This document shows, piece by piece, positions 19,906-27,527 of a stretch of DNA of 64,000 bases (the first letter of the stretch is position 1; each line of letters starts with the position of its first letter). The DNA lies in NCBI GenBank assembly GCA_035380285.1, contig DAOSXE010000001.1, positions 27,552 through 91,551 on the forward strand, read 5' to 3'. The stretch is from a bacterium. GTDB taxonomy: Bacteria; Auribacterota; Erginobacteria; Erginobacterales; DAOSXE01. The notes beneath the pieces are model-generated. The model ran no database searches, had not been told where the DNA came from, and saw only the letters and a program-made list of their open reading frames with translations. The translations under genes were made by a program, and so were the position numbers.

Positions 19906-20682
19906 ATGAAGAGCATGACCGGCTACGGCGACTGCCGGGCGCGCGGAAGCGATTTTTCGGTTCAGGTGGAACTGCAGTCCTACAACCACCGTTTTCTGGA
20001 CATCATGATCAAGGTCCCCCCCGAATACGCCAAGGCCGAGACGCTCCTGCTGGGCGAGTTGAGGCGGCGTTTCGAACGGGGGAGGTTCAATGTGCACGTC
20101 TCCGTGCACGTCGCCGCCGCCCGCGCCCGGGGCGGAATCAACCGCGCTCTCGCCGCCAGCTACTGGAAGGAGCTGCAACGCCTGGCCAAGGACCTGCGCC
20201 TGCCCGGACTCGATCCCGGCGTCCTGGTCGCGCTCCCGGGGGTGGTGGAGTTCGCGTCGGGCGCCCCCTCGTTCAAGGAGTTTCGGGCGGTCATGGAAGA
20301 AGCCCTGGCCGGCGCCCTGGAGCGCCTCGAGAAGACCAGGGAACGGGAGGGCGTCCGCATCCGGACCGACATGCGCCGCCATCTGCGCCGTCTGGAGACT
20401 GGGTTCGCCAAAGCCGTTTCCGCCCTCCGCCGCCGCTCCGCGGACCGTTCCCCCAACGTCGAGGAAGAAGTAAACCGCTTGAGCGGGCATATCGCCCAGT
20501 TCCGCCGGCTCCTGGAGGGCGACGGCGCGGCGGGGAAGGCGCTGGAGTTCGTGACCCGGGAGATGGTCAGGGAGGTGACGACCCTGGCCGACAAGGCCTG
20601 CAACTCCAAGGTGTCCGTCCAGGGCGTGCTGATGAAGGTGGAGATCGAGAGCCTGAAAGAGCAGGCACGCAACGTCGAATGA
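19906..20682 (+). CDS. yicC: YicC/YloC-family stress-induced protein (DUF1732)
   Basis: Canonical N-terminus MKSMTGYG. YicC_N and DUF1732 C-terminal region ending in VEIESLKEQARNVE. Confidence 0.9.
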   Translation: MKSMTGYGDCRARGSDFSVQVELQSYNHRFLDIMIKVPPEYAKAETLLLGELRRRFERGRFNVHVSVHVAAARARGGINRALAASYWKELQRLAKDLRLPGLDPGVLVALPGVVEFASGAPSFKEFRAVMEEALAGALERLEKTREREGVRIRTDMRRHLRRLETGFAKAVSALRRRSADRSPNVEEEVNRLSGHIAQFRRLLEGDGAAGKALEFVTREMVREVTTLADKACNSKVSVQGVLMKVEIESLKEQARNVE

Positions 20683-21338
20683 ACAGCCGGCCGAGATTCC
20701 TGATCACCGCGGGCCCGACCCGGGAGAAGATCGATCCCTTCCGCTTCATCTCCAACCCGTCGTCGGGAAAGATGGGGTACGCCGCCGCCGCGGCCGCCGC
20801 CGAGCGGGGGTTTCCGGTCGTCCTGGTCAGCGGCCCGGTCGCCCTGGCCGCTCCCGCCGGGGTCGAACTGGTCAAGGTCGTCAGCGCCCGGGACATGCGG
20901 GCCGCGGTTCTGCGGCGGTTCCCGGAGACTGACGCGGTGATCATGGCCGCGGCCGTTTCCGACTTCCGCCCCCGGGCCCCCCGCCGCTCCAAGATCAAAA
21001 AAACCGGCCGGGGACTGGTCCTCGACCTGGTCCCGAACCCGGACATACTGGCCGAACTGGGCAGAAGGAAAGGGCGCCGGGTACTGATCGGCTTCGCGGC
21101 CGAAACCGATAATCTTATTGACGGCGCCCGATCCAAACTCAATAATAAAAACCTCGATTTGATCGTGGGTAACGACATTTCGGAACCCGGGTCCGGCTTC
21201 GGAAGCGAGACCAACCGGGTGGTTGTCGTCGGTCGTTCCGGCGAGGTCGAGCGGTGGCCGCTCCTGAGCAAACAGGAAGTGGCCGCGCGTCTGGTAGAGT
21301 ACGCAGTACGGATCTATGAGGAAAAGATACGCAGTTAG
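20679..21338 (+). CDS. coaB: Phosphopantothenate--cysteine ligase (stand-alone CoaB)
   Basis: CoaB/DFP C-terminal-domain motifs ITAGPTREKIDPFRFISNPSSGKMG and AAVSDFRP. ATGA overlap with yicC. Confidence 0.85.
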   Translation: MNSRPRFLITAGPTREKIDPFRFISNPSSGKMGYAAAAAAAERGFPVVLVSGPVALAAPAGVELVKVVSARDMRAAVLRRFPETDAVIMAAAVSDFRPRAPRRSKIKKTGRGLVLDLVPNPDILAELGRRKGRRVLIGFAAETDNLIDGARSKLNNKNLDLIVGNDISEPGSGFGSETNRVVVVGRSGEVERWPLLSKQEVAARLVEYAVRIYEEKIRS

Positions 21339-21491
21339 GCTTGCGATCCTGGCGGGGATCCTGGGGCTGGCGCTGACCTCGTGCGTCGGCGGCTCGGCGC
21401 GGACCCGGCCGCCGAAACCCCGGCCCGGGGCGGTGTGGGTCGAAGGGCACTACTCCCCCTCGGGGCGCTGGATCAACGGGCACTGGAAGTA
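21316..21491 (+). CDS. Small lipoprotein (58 aa, below ORF-track length cutoff) with aromatic GHY/GRW/GHW motif
   Basis: MRKRYAVRLAILAGILGLALTSC: signal peptide plus lipobox L-T-S-C. Mature part VGGSARTRPPKPRPGAVWVEGHYSPSGRWINGHWK. Overlaps last 23 nt of coaB in another frame. Weak SD. Confidence 0.45.
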
Positions 21492-21500
21492 ACACCGCAG

Positions 21501-21692
21501 ATGCCGGGGGTCGGGTACAAGGACTTTCCGCTGCGCAAGGTCTCTCCCCGGTTGGTCGGCGTGGGGGCGGTTCCCGAATCCAAGCAGGCGTTTCTGGGGC
21601 GCATCGACCAGTTTTTGGCCCAGAGAAAGCGCCGGCTGGTATCGATAGAAACCCATGAGGGCTTTTTCCGGGTCTGGTACCAGGAAGAATAG
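21501..21692 (+). CDS. Hypothetical small protein (63 aa)
   Basis: ATG-initiated frame MPGVGYKDFPLRK ... RLVSIETHEGFFRVWYQEE with high GC3 typical of coding sequence in this genome. No recognisable family. Competing antisense ORF 21450..21695 considered less likely. Confidence 0.3.
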   Translation: MPGVGYKDFPLRKVSPRLVGVGAVPESKQAFLGRIDQFLAQRKRRLVSIETHEGFFRVWYQEE

Positions 21693-21707
21693 CAAGCGAC
21701 GCCGTTC

Positions 21708-21780
21708 GGCGCGGTACCCAAGTGGCTAAGGGGGCGGTCTGCAAAACCGCTATTCACCGGTTCGAGTCCGGTCCGCGCCT
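21708..21780 (+). tRNA. tRNA-Cys (anticodon GCA)
   Basis: Manually folded 73-nt cloverleaf. Acceptor GGCGCGG/CCGCGCC. Anticodon stem GCGGT/ACCGC with loop CTGCAAA (GCA). T-arm ACCGG-TTCGAGT-CCGGT. U73 discriminator typical of tRNA-Cys. CCA not encoded. Confidence 0.9.
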
Positions 21781-21785
21781 GAAAA

Positions 21786-21816
21786 GGGACGACCCATCGG
21801 GTCGTCCCTTTTTTTG
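21786..21816 (+). terminator. Rho-independent terminator after tRNA-Cys
   Basis: GGGACGACCC-atcg-GGGTCGTCCC perfect 10-bp stem followed by TTTTTTT. Confidence 0.85.
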
Positions 21817-22022
21817 AAGAAGCATCCAGCAACCCCTTCTTTTCCCCCGGCCGGGCGAGCCTGTCGCCCCGGCTCGGCCGGCTCGCCGTGAAGAGGGAGA
21901 AATGTAAAGAATTATTGATGCTTCCCCTTCTCATTGCTAAACTCCCGTCACCGGTGCCGGCAATTACAGATTGTGTACAAGAACAAATCGTGCTGACTGC
22001 ACGGTAATTGAAGGGAGGCAAT

Positions 22023-22481
22023 ATGAACCCGAAAGGCATGAGTGTCTTAACTGTCCTCTTTACTCTAGCGTTCACTGTACCGATAGCTGCCTCATCAGAT
22101 GGCCCCCACCTCGGTATTGAGATTGGTGAGCCCACGGTGAAAGTAGTCGAAGGTCCTGACTACGATAACGACTTGACCATCAGTATCAGTGTGCGCGTAA
22201 AGAATACAACCGAGCGTGAGGTCGCTGTAGAGGTTATCGTCCAAGGACTAGATCGCGAAGGAGCAGAACTTTTCGATACATTCCTGAACGATGCCCTAAA
22301 GCCAGGCCAGACGCGCGTGTTCACAGACAGCGTGTACATTAGAAATGGTCTCTACAAGTCGATTGTGATATGGCGAGTAGAGGAGGCTACCATCCGAGGT
22401 GGGGAGCCCAACAACGCACCGCAGCGGACGCACTCGCCTGACACGTCGTCTGCAAACAAAGCGCCTGCGTCGCGCCACTGA
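22023..22481 (+). CDS. Secreted hypothetical protein (low-GC island gene)
   Basis: GGAGG RBS. Signal peptide MNPKGMSVLTVLFTLAFTVPIAASS. Beta-rich, Thr/Ser-rich C-terminus. About 45% GC versus about 68% background. Confidence 0.6.
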   Translation: MNPKGMSVLTVLFTLAFTVPIAASSDGPHLGIEIGEPTVKVVEGPDYDNDLTISISVRVKNTTEREVAVEVIVQGLDREGAELFDTFLNDALKPGQTRVFTDSVYIRNGLYKSIVIWRVEEATIRGGEPNNAPQRTHSPDTSSANKAPASRH

Positions 22482-22605
22482 ATGCAAGTGTTATAGAAAA
22501 ACAAAATGGGGAATATAATTTTTTAAAAAAACTTTAAAACAACTCTGAATGACTTGAGCGGGAAAAACAAATAGATATTTGAATCTATCCTTATAGGAGT
22601 CAGAT

Positions 22606-22803
22606 ATGGAAAAAATCCGTCTAAAACGTGCAATATGGGAATATGATCTCAGCAAACCTCTCGGTCCCGAAGGGGGTTTTGGGACAGTGTACGCTGGATC
22701 GAGTGAGAATGGTGAACAGGTAGCGGTACCCGGAAGGACTAACATCTCAAACACTACAGTTTTCGGGGTGCGAACCACATTGGGCTTACAGAACGATGAT
22801 TAA
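22606..22803 (+). pseudogene. N-terminal remnant of a Hanks-type Ser/Thr protein kinase (truncated after the glycine-rich loop)
   Basis: LGPEGGFGTVYAGSSENGEQVAV matches the kinase subdomain I glycine loop plus start of the VAxK region. ORF stops after 65 aa; downstream gene is unrelated. GGAG RBS present. Confidence 0.5.
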
Positions 22804-22839
22804 ACATGTGCATTAAATTCATGAAATACGGAGGGGAAT

Positions 22840-23265
22840 ATGAATGTAGAAATGAGAAAGTGTCCTCGTTGCGGAGAAATGACACCGCTTGATTCCACAG
22901 TTTGCAAGTTTTGCTATTCTATTAACGAGCCTGTTTCAAAATCTGAAGGTCTGGGAATGAACGAGGAAGTAAAAAACGTTACAAGTCATACTTCCAGATC
23001 CCCAGCAAAAAACGAATCATTCCTTGAAAAGAATGGTCTAATCACGGCACTCAATACTATCGCAGGAATCTATTTAGTTTTAGGTACACTTGGTGCAGTT
23101 GGTATTTGGATTACAATGGGTATCACTCAAAAAGCCGCGAATATTCCTGGTATTATTCTCGGGGTCGGAATACTTGCCAACAGTATAGTGGTATTTGTCA
23201 TTTTAAGAGTTTTTAGTCTGATTGCCGATACGTTACTTGTTATCAAACATAATACTGCTAAATAA
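22840..23265 (+). CDS. Zinc-ribbon (CxxC...CxxC) N-terminal domain protein with two C-terminal TM helices
   Basis: GGAGGGG RBS. KCPRCGEMTPLDSTVCKFC zinc ribbon. Gly-rich TM hairpin (ITALNTIAGIYLVLGTLGAVGIWITMGI ... IILGVGILANSIVVFVIL). Low GC. Confidence 0.6.
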   Translation: MNVEMRKCPRCGEMTPLDSTVCKFCYSINEPVSKSEGLGMNEEVKNVTSHTSRSPAKNESFLEKNGLITALNTIAGIYLVLGTLGAVGIWITMGITQKAANIPGIILGVGILANSIVVFVILRVFSLIADTLLVIKHNTAK

Positions 23266-23327
23266 GGTTAACCCGTCAATACACTCGATCGTTTTGACTA
23301 TGCCACTATAACATTAATATTTAAACG

Positions 23328-23774
23328 ATGACTGCGTTACCCCAAAAACCGAACAACAGCCGCGGCTGGCGGGACACCTACTACCACCGGCTGCTCGGCC
23401 TCAAAGCCGCCCAGCGCGTCGAACGGATACTCCCGCTCTTCGAGCAAGAACGGCCCGACGACGAACGTCCCCGCCGGGCGATCGCGGTGCTGCGCGCGTG
23501 GGCGGAAGGGAACCGCGAACTGAGCATGCCGGAGGTGCGGAGACTTTCGCTCGCTGCTCATGCCGCGGCCAAAGAGGCCGTGACCGAGGCGGCGAAATGC
23601 GTCGCCCATGCGGCCGGTCAGGCCGTCGGGACCTGGCATGTCCCGACCCACGCGCTGGGAGCGTTCGAATACGCCGGGAGGGCATTTATCCTCAAGCGCC
23701 TTGCGAGCGGGACCGCCCCGAAGCGCCGCCCGCGCGCGACAGACAAGAAAGCCGAACCGGGCCGGCGAGGCTGA
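23328..23774 (+). CDS. Alpha-helical putative immunity protein (Imm5-like family by recollection); paralog A
   Basis: Shares with 25388..25897 the pattern ERVLPLFE ... RP ... A(V) ... RAWA.G ... SLAAHAAA(K/R) ... AAGQA ... T.H ... H.(L/M)GA ... YA. Confidence 0.55.
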   Translation: MTALPQKPNNSRGWRDTYYHRLLGLKAAQRVERILPLFEQERPDDERPRRAIAVLRAWAEGNRELSMPEVRRLSLAAHAAAKEAVTEAAKCVAHAAGQAVGTWHVPTHALGAFEYAGRAFILKRLASGTAPKRRPRATDKKAEPGRRG

Positions 23775-23866
23775 CGGCGGCCCGAGGGCGCCCCGTTGTA
23801 TAGGAGGAGATCACGGCCTTGCAGGGTGATTTGTGTTAGTGTACCATTTCCCTGGGAGGTCGGAGA

Positions 23867-24067
23867 ATGAAGATTGATGTCGAACGCGAAGAGGACGGGC
23901 GCTGGATTGCGGAAGTTCCCGAGTTGCCTGGCGTGATGACATACGGGAAAACGCGAGATGACGCCGTTTCCAAGGCGCAGTCGTTGGCGCTCCGTGCTAT
24001 CGCCGACCGACTGGATCACGGCGAGTCGATTCCCGAACTCTCCGAACTCTTTGCGGTTCCTGCATGA
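23867..24067 (+). CDS. hicB: HicB-family antitoxin (UPF0150)
   Basis: MKIDVEREEDGRWIAEVPELPGVMTYGKTRDDAVSKAQSLALRAI typical of short HicB antitoxins. ATGA overlap with hicA. Confidence 0.7.
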   Translation: MKIDVEREEDGRWIAEVPELPGVMTYGKTRDDAVSKAQSLALRAIADRLDHGESIPELSELFAVPA

Positions 24068-24276
24068 GTCAGTGGCGCTCGACGCGCGCTCCGCGCGTAC
24101 TCGCCGCACTCCTTCGTATTGGCTGGACAATCAAGCGCCGGTCCGGTTCCCATCGTGTGCTGTCTCGTCCCGGTTGGGCTGACTTCATCTTCGCGTTTCA
24201 TGACCGAGTCGAGATCGGCCCGCGCATGCTCGTGCGCATCGCCAAGCACACGGGGTTGTCGCCGGACGATCTGTAG
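24064..24276 (+). CDS. hicA: HicA-family mRNA interferase toxin
   Basis: 70 aa. LRIGWTIKRRSGSHRVLSRPGW ... HDRVEIGPRMLVRIAKHTGL matches the HicA/YcfA signature (SGSH, HD). Confidence 0.75.
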   Translation: MSQWRSTRAPRVLAALLRIGWTIKRRSGSHRVLSRPGWADFIFAFHDRVEIGPRMLVRIAKHTGLSPDDL

Positions 24277-24465
24277 GCGCAGCACGGCATCCATGACCAC
24301 GTCGCCGGTTTCGCTTGGCTCAACGGGGCTGAGGCAAGGTAGAGCCTACACCTCCGCGGGTCGCCGGCGTCCCTCCGGCCGACGGTCAACCGCGGTCCCG
24401 TTCGGACAAAAGTACTCAGCTTGTTTCGTTTCCGGTCGACGAAGCCAAAGAACCGGGAAGTTTCA

Positions 24466-25275
24466 ATGTTCGATTGGTTTCGCGAACGTCGCCGGAAAAA
24501 ACTGATCCGGGCCGTTTTCCCTCCCTCATGGGAGGGAATAATCCGCCGCAACGTAGCCCACTACTGCATGCTGGAAGACGCCGAGCGTGCCCACCTCCGC
24601 GCCCTGATCCAAGTCTTTATCGCCGAGAAAAACTGGGAGGGCGCCGGCGGCCTGGAACTTGACGACGAGATCCGGGTCACAATTTCGGCGCAAGCCTGTC
24701 TGCTGGTTCTGAATCTTCCCCACAACTATTACCGGAACGTCCGATCCATCATCGTCTATCCCTCCACCGTGGTCCCTCCGCAACGCAAACTGGGTTCGTT
24801 TGAAAATCCGGTCGCCCCGGTGGATATCGAGCAACCGATTCTCGGGCAGGCATTCCTGCGGGGGCCCGTCATTGTTGTTTGGGATGCGGCTTTGCGCGGA
24901 GGTCGTCATCCGGAGTTGGGGCACAACGTCATTTACCACGAATTCGCCCATAAACTGGATATGCTCGATGGCGCCGCCGACGGCACTCCGCCCTTGCGCA
25001 ACCGGACCGAATACCGCGACTGGATTCACGTTTGTTCGCGTGAGTATCGACGTCTCGGACGCGATGCGGCGCTGGGCAAGGATTCATTTCTCAGTGCCTA
25101 CGGCGCGACCAGCGCGGCGGAATTTTTCGCCGTCGCGACGGAGAAATTTTTCGATCAGCCGCGATTATTGATCGAACAGGCTCCGGAACTGTATCGTGTT
25201 TTACAAGAGTACTACCGTCAGAATCCCTACGAACGTGTGACCAAGAAGAATTGCCGGAAGGAAATCGCAAATTAA
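24466..25275 (+). CDS. MtfA-like zinc-dependent peptidase (M90 family, Mlc-titration-factor-like)
   Basis: HExxH motif VIYHEFAHKLD. C-terminal AAEFFAVATEKFFDQP and overall architecture collinear with E. coli MtfA. Start at MFDWF (GGGAAG RBS); ORF-track ATG 45 nt upstream also possible. Confidence 0.7.
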   Translation: MFDWFRERRRKKLIRAVFPPSWEGIIRRNVAHYCMLEDAERAHLRALIQVFIAEKNWEGAGGLELDDEIRVTISAQACLLVLNLPHNYYRNVRSIIVYPSTVVPPQRKLGSFENPVAPVDIEQPILGQAFLRGPVIVVWDAALRGGRHPELGHNVIYHEFAHKLDMLDGAADGTPPLRNRTEYRDWIHVCSREYRRLGRDAALGKDSFLSAYGATSAAEFFAVATEKFFDQPRLLIEQAPELYRVLQEYYRQNPYERVTKKNCRKEIAN

Positions 25276-25387
25276 CTCGATGAAGGATTCAAGTCTTCAA
25301 ATCCTTTAACGAATTCCTCAAACGGACGCGGGCCTTTACCCGGTCGACCGCGGGCCCGTTCGGCCGGTAACAACCGGAGAACACTGC

Positions 25388-25897
25388 ATGAGAGACCGGC
25401 GCTTCGTGGCGGCGCATCGAGGCGGCCCGTTGGACCGGGACGGCCATGTTCTCCTGGCTCGCTGGGCCGCGGACTGCGCCGAGCGCGTGCTCCCGCTGTT
25501 CGCCCGCTGCAGCGCCGACCCCCGCCCGAAAGACGCTGTGGATACAGCCCGGAAATGGGCCGCTGGCGAGGTGAAGACCGGGGCGGCCATGAAGGCTTCG
25601 CTGGCGGCCCATGCCGCGGCGAGGCAAGCCACCGCTACAGCGGCGATCGCCGCGGCGCGCGCGGCGGGTCAGGCCGCGGCGACCGCCCACGCCGCCGATC
25701 ACAGCATGGGCGCGTTATTGTATGCATTGAAGGCGTTGGAGGCTTCCGGGAGCCCGTCGAAAGCCGAACTGCGGGCACGGCTCGCCCGGCTCCCCGGGCA
25801 CCTGCGCGAACCCGTCGCCGCGGGGGTGTCCCTGCGCTTGAAGAAACTCGGCATGGGGAAGGGGAAGGCGCCGAGGCGGGGCCCGGAGCGCAGCTGA
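25388..25897 (+). CDS. Alpha-helical putative immunity protein (Imm5-like by recollection); paralog B
   Basis: LLARWAADCAERVLPLFARCSADPRPKDAVDTARKWAAGEV ... SLAAHAAARQA ... AARAAGQAAATAHAADHSMGALLYALKA. Paralogous to 23328..23774. Confidence 0.55.
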   Translation: MRDRRFVAAHRGGPLDRDGHVLLARWAADCAERVLPLFARCSADPRPKDAVDTARKWAAGEVKTGAAMKASLAAHAAARQATATAAIAAARAAGQAAATAHAADHSMGALLYALKALEASGSPSKAELRARLARLPGHLREPVAAGVSLRLKKLGMGKGKAPRRGPERS

Positions 25898-25949
25898 CCT
25901 GCCCCCGTCACAGGATCGCTTGTTGAATCGGCCTTCCGCGCCGGAAGCG

Positions 25950-27401
25950 TCAATAGCGGTAATGGTCCGGCTTGTACGGACCTTCCGCCGGAATCCCCAG
26001 GTAGCGTGCCTGCTCCGGCGTCATCCGGGTCAGCTTCACGCCCAGCTTCTTCAGGTGCAGCCGGGCCACTTCCTCGTCCAGGAGCTTGCTCAGGGTGTAG
26101 ACCCCCGGCCGTTTGTCCCCCCGGGCCAGGTCGATCTGGGCCAGGGTCTGGTTGGTGAAGGAGTTGGACATGACGAAACTGGGGTGGCCGGTGGCACAGC
26201 CGAGGTTGACCAGCCGCCCCTCCGCCAGGAGGAAAATGCTGTGCCCGTCGGGGAAGAGGTAGCGGTCGACCTGGGGCTTGATCGTGATCTTGCGGATTCC
26301 CGGGAAGGATTCCAGTTTCGAGACCTGGATTTCGTTGTCGAAATGGCCGATGTTGCAGACGATGGCCTGATCCTTCATCCGGGCCATGTGCTCGATGGTG
26401 ACGACGTCGCGGTTGCCGGTGGCGGTGACGACGATGTCCGCCTCGGCCACCGCGTCCTCCAGGGTCACCACCTCGTATCCGGCCATGGCCGCCTGCAGGG
26501 CGCAGATGGGATCGATTTCGGTCACCAGCACCCGGGCGCCCAGCCCGCGCATGGATTGCGCCGAGCCCTTGCCCACGTCCCCGTACCCGCAGACCACCAC
26601 CACTTTCCCGGCCACCATGACGTCGGTGGCCCGCTTGATGCCGTCGGCCAGGGATTCGCGGCAGCCGTAGAGGTTGTCGAACTTCGACTTGGTGACGGAG
26701 TCGTTGACGTTGATCGCCGGAACCAGGAGGGAGCCTTCTTCCATCATCTGGTATAGGCGGTGGACGCCGGTCGTGGTCTCCTCGGAGATCCCTTCCAGCT
26801 CTTCCGCGACCCGGTGCCAGATCCCGGGATTTTCCCGCAGCAGTTTCTTCAGAAGCGCGTTCAGCTCCTGCTCGTCCGCGCCTTCCGCGGGCCGGTCCAG
26901 CAGTTGCGGGTCGTTTTCGGCCGCGAAGCCGCGGTGGATCATCAGGGTGGCGTCCCCGCCGTCGTCGACGATCAGGTTCGGCCCCGAGCCGTCCGGCCGG
27001 ATCAGCGCCCGGTAGGTGCACTCCCAGTAATCGGCCAGGGACTCTCCCTTCCAGGCGAAGACCGGAACCCCGGCGGCGGCTACGGCGGCGGCGGCGTGGT
27101 CCTGGGTGGAGAAGATGTTGCAGGAACACCAGCGCACCTTGGCCCCCAGGGCGGCGAGGGTCTCGATCAGGACCGCCGTCTGAACGGTCATATGCAGGCT
27201 GCCGGTGATCTTTTTCCCCTCCAGAGGGAGCTGCGAACCGTATTTGGCCCGGGTCGCCATCAGGCCGGGCATTTCCTTTTCCGCGATCTCGATCTCCTTG
27301 CGCCCGAATTCGGCCAGGCCGATATCGGCGATCCGATAGTCGTTTTCGGCCGGCCCCGGCGTGGGCGCCGGGGTTTTTTTCCGGTACGTCGTCTTGCTCA
27401 T
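25950..27401 (-). CDS. ahcY: Adenosylhomocysteinase (S-adenosyl-L-homocysteine hydrolase)
   Basis: 483 aa. N-terminal [30 protein letters not shown]-binding [16 protein letters not shown]-terminal [12 protein letters not shown] ... [10 protein letters not shown]. Confidence 0.95.
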   Translation of the reverse strand: MSKTTYRKKTPAPTPGPAENDYRIADIGLAEFGRKEIEIAEKEMPGLMATRAKYGSQLPLEGKKITGSLHMTVQTAVLIETLAALGAKVRWCSCNIFSTQDHAAAAVAAAGVPVFAWKGESLADYWECTYRALIRPDGSGPNLIVDDGGDATLMIHRGFAAENDPQLLDRPAEGADEQELNALLKKLLRENPGIWHRVAEELEGISEETTTGVHRLYQMMEEGSLLVPAINVNDSVTKSKFDNLYGCRESLADGIKRATDVMVAGKVVVVCGYGDVGKGSAQSMRGLGARVLVTEIDPICALQAAMAGYEVVTLEDAVAEADIVVTATGNRDVVTIEHMARMKDQAIVCNIGHFDNEIQVSKLESFPGIRKITIKPQVDRYLFPDGHSIFLLAEGRLVNLGCATGHPSFVMSNSFTNQTLAQIDLARGDKRPGVYTLSKLLDEEVARLHLKKLGVKLTRMTPEQARYLGIPAEGPYKPDHYRY

Positions 27402-27419
27402 CGAACTTCCTTGGGGTTC

Positions 27420-27478
27420 AGGTGTACGTTGTCATTGCCGAAGTAGGGGGAGATTACGGGGAAGGGGGAAATAAATCA
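27420..27478 (-). promoter_or_regulatory. Candidate sigma70 promoter of ahcY (TTGATT-17-TAATCT) overlapping the lptG terminator U-tract
   Basis: Minus-strand reading TTGATTtatttcccccttccccgTAATCT, about 45 nt upstream of ahcY ATG, with AAGGAAG RBS. Confidence 0.3.
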
Positions 27479-27500
27479 AGGCGGGATTGCGTTCCCCGCC
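27466..27500 (-). terminator. Rho-independent terminator after lptG
   Basis: Minus-strand hairpin GGCGGGGAACGCAATCCCGCC followed by UUGAUUUAUUUC. Confidence 0.5.
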
Positions 27501-27527
27501 CCGGGGCGGCCCTTCCGGCGGTTGCGC

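Noticed and set aside
18117-19916. 599-aa minus-strand ORF spanning gmk and manA region
   Set aside because: Crosses two well-supported genes on both strands and encodes R/G/P-rich low-complexity sequence.
21450-21695. 81-aa minus-strand ORF between coaB and tRNA-Cys
   Set aside because: Competes with the plus-strand 63-aa frame, which has higher GC3 and an ATG start. Neither has a recognisable family; the minus one is the less likely.
21817-25950. Integrase / att-site search at the island boundaries
   Set aside because: No tyrosine or serine recombinase-like ORF in any frame, and no convincing direct repeat of the tRNA-Cys 3' end, found by eye. The island is called on composition and gene content only.
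25699-27129. 476-aa minus-strand ORF and 26760..27446 plus-strand ORF overlapping ahcY
   Set aside because: ahcY (25950..27401, minus) is highly conserved and explains the region. The others are alternative-frame artefacts.
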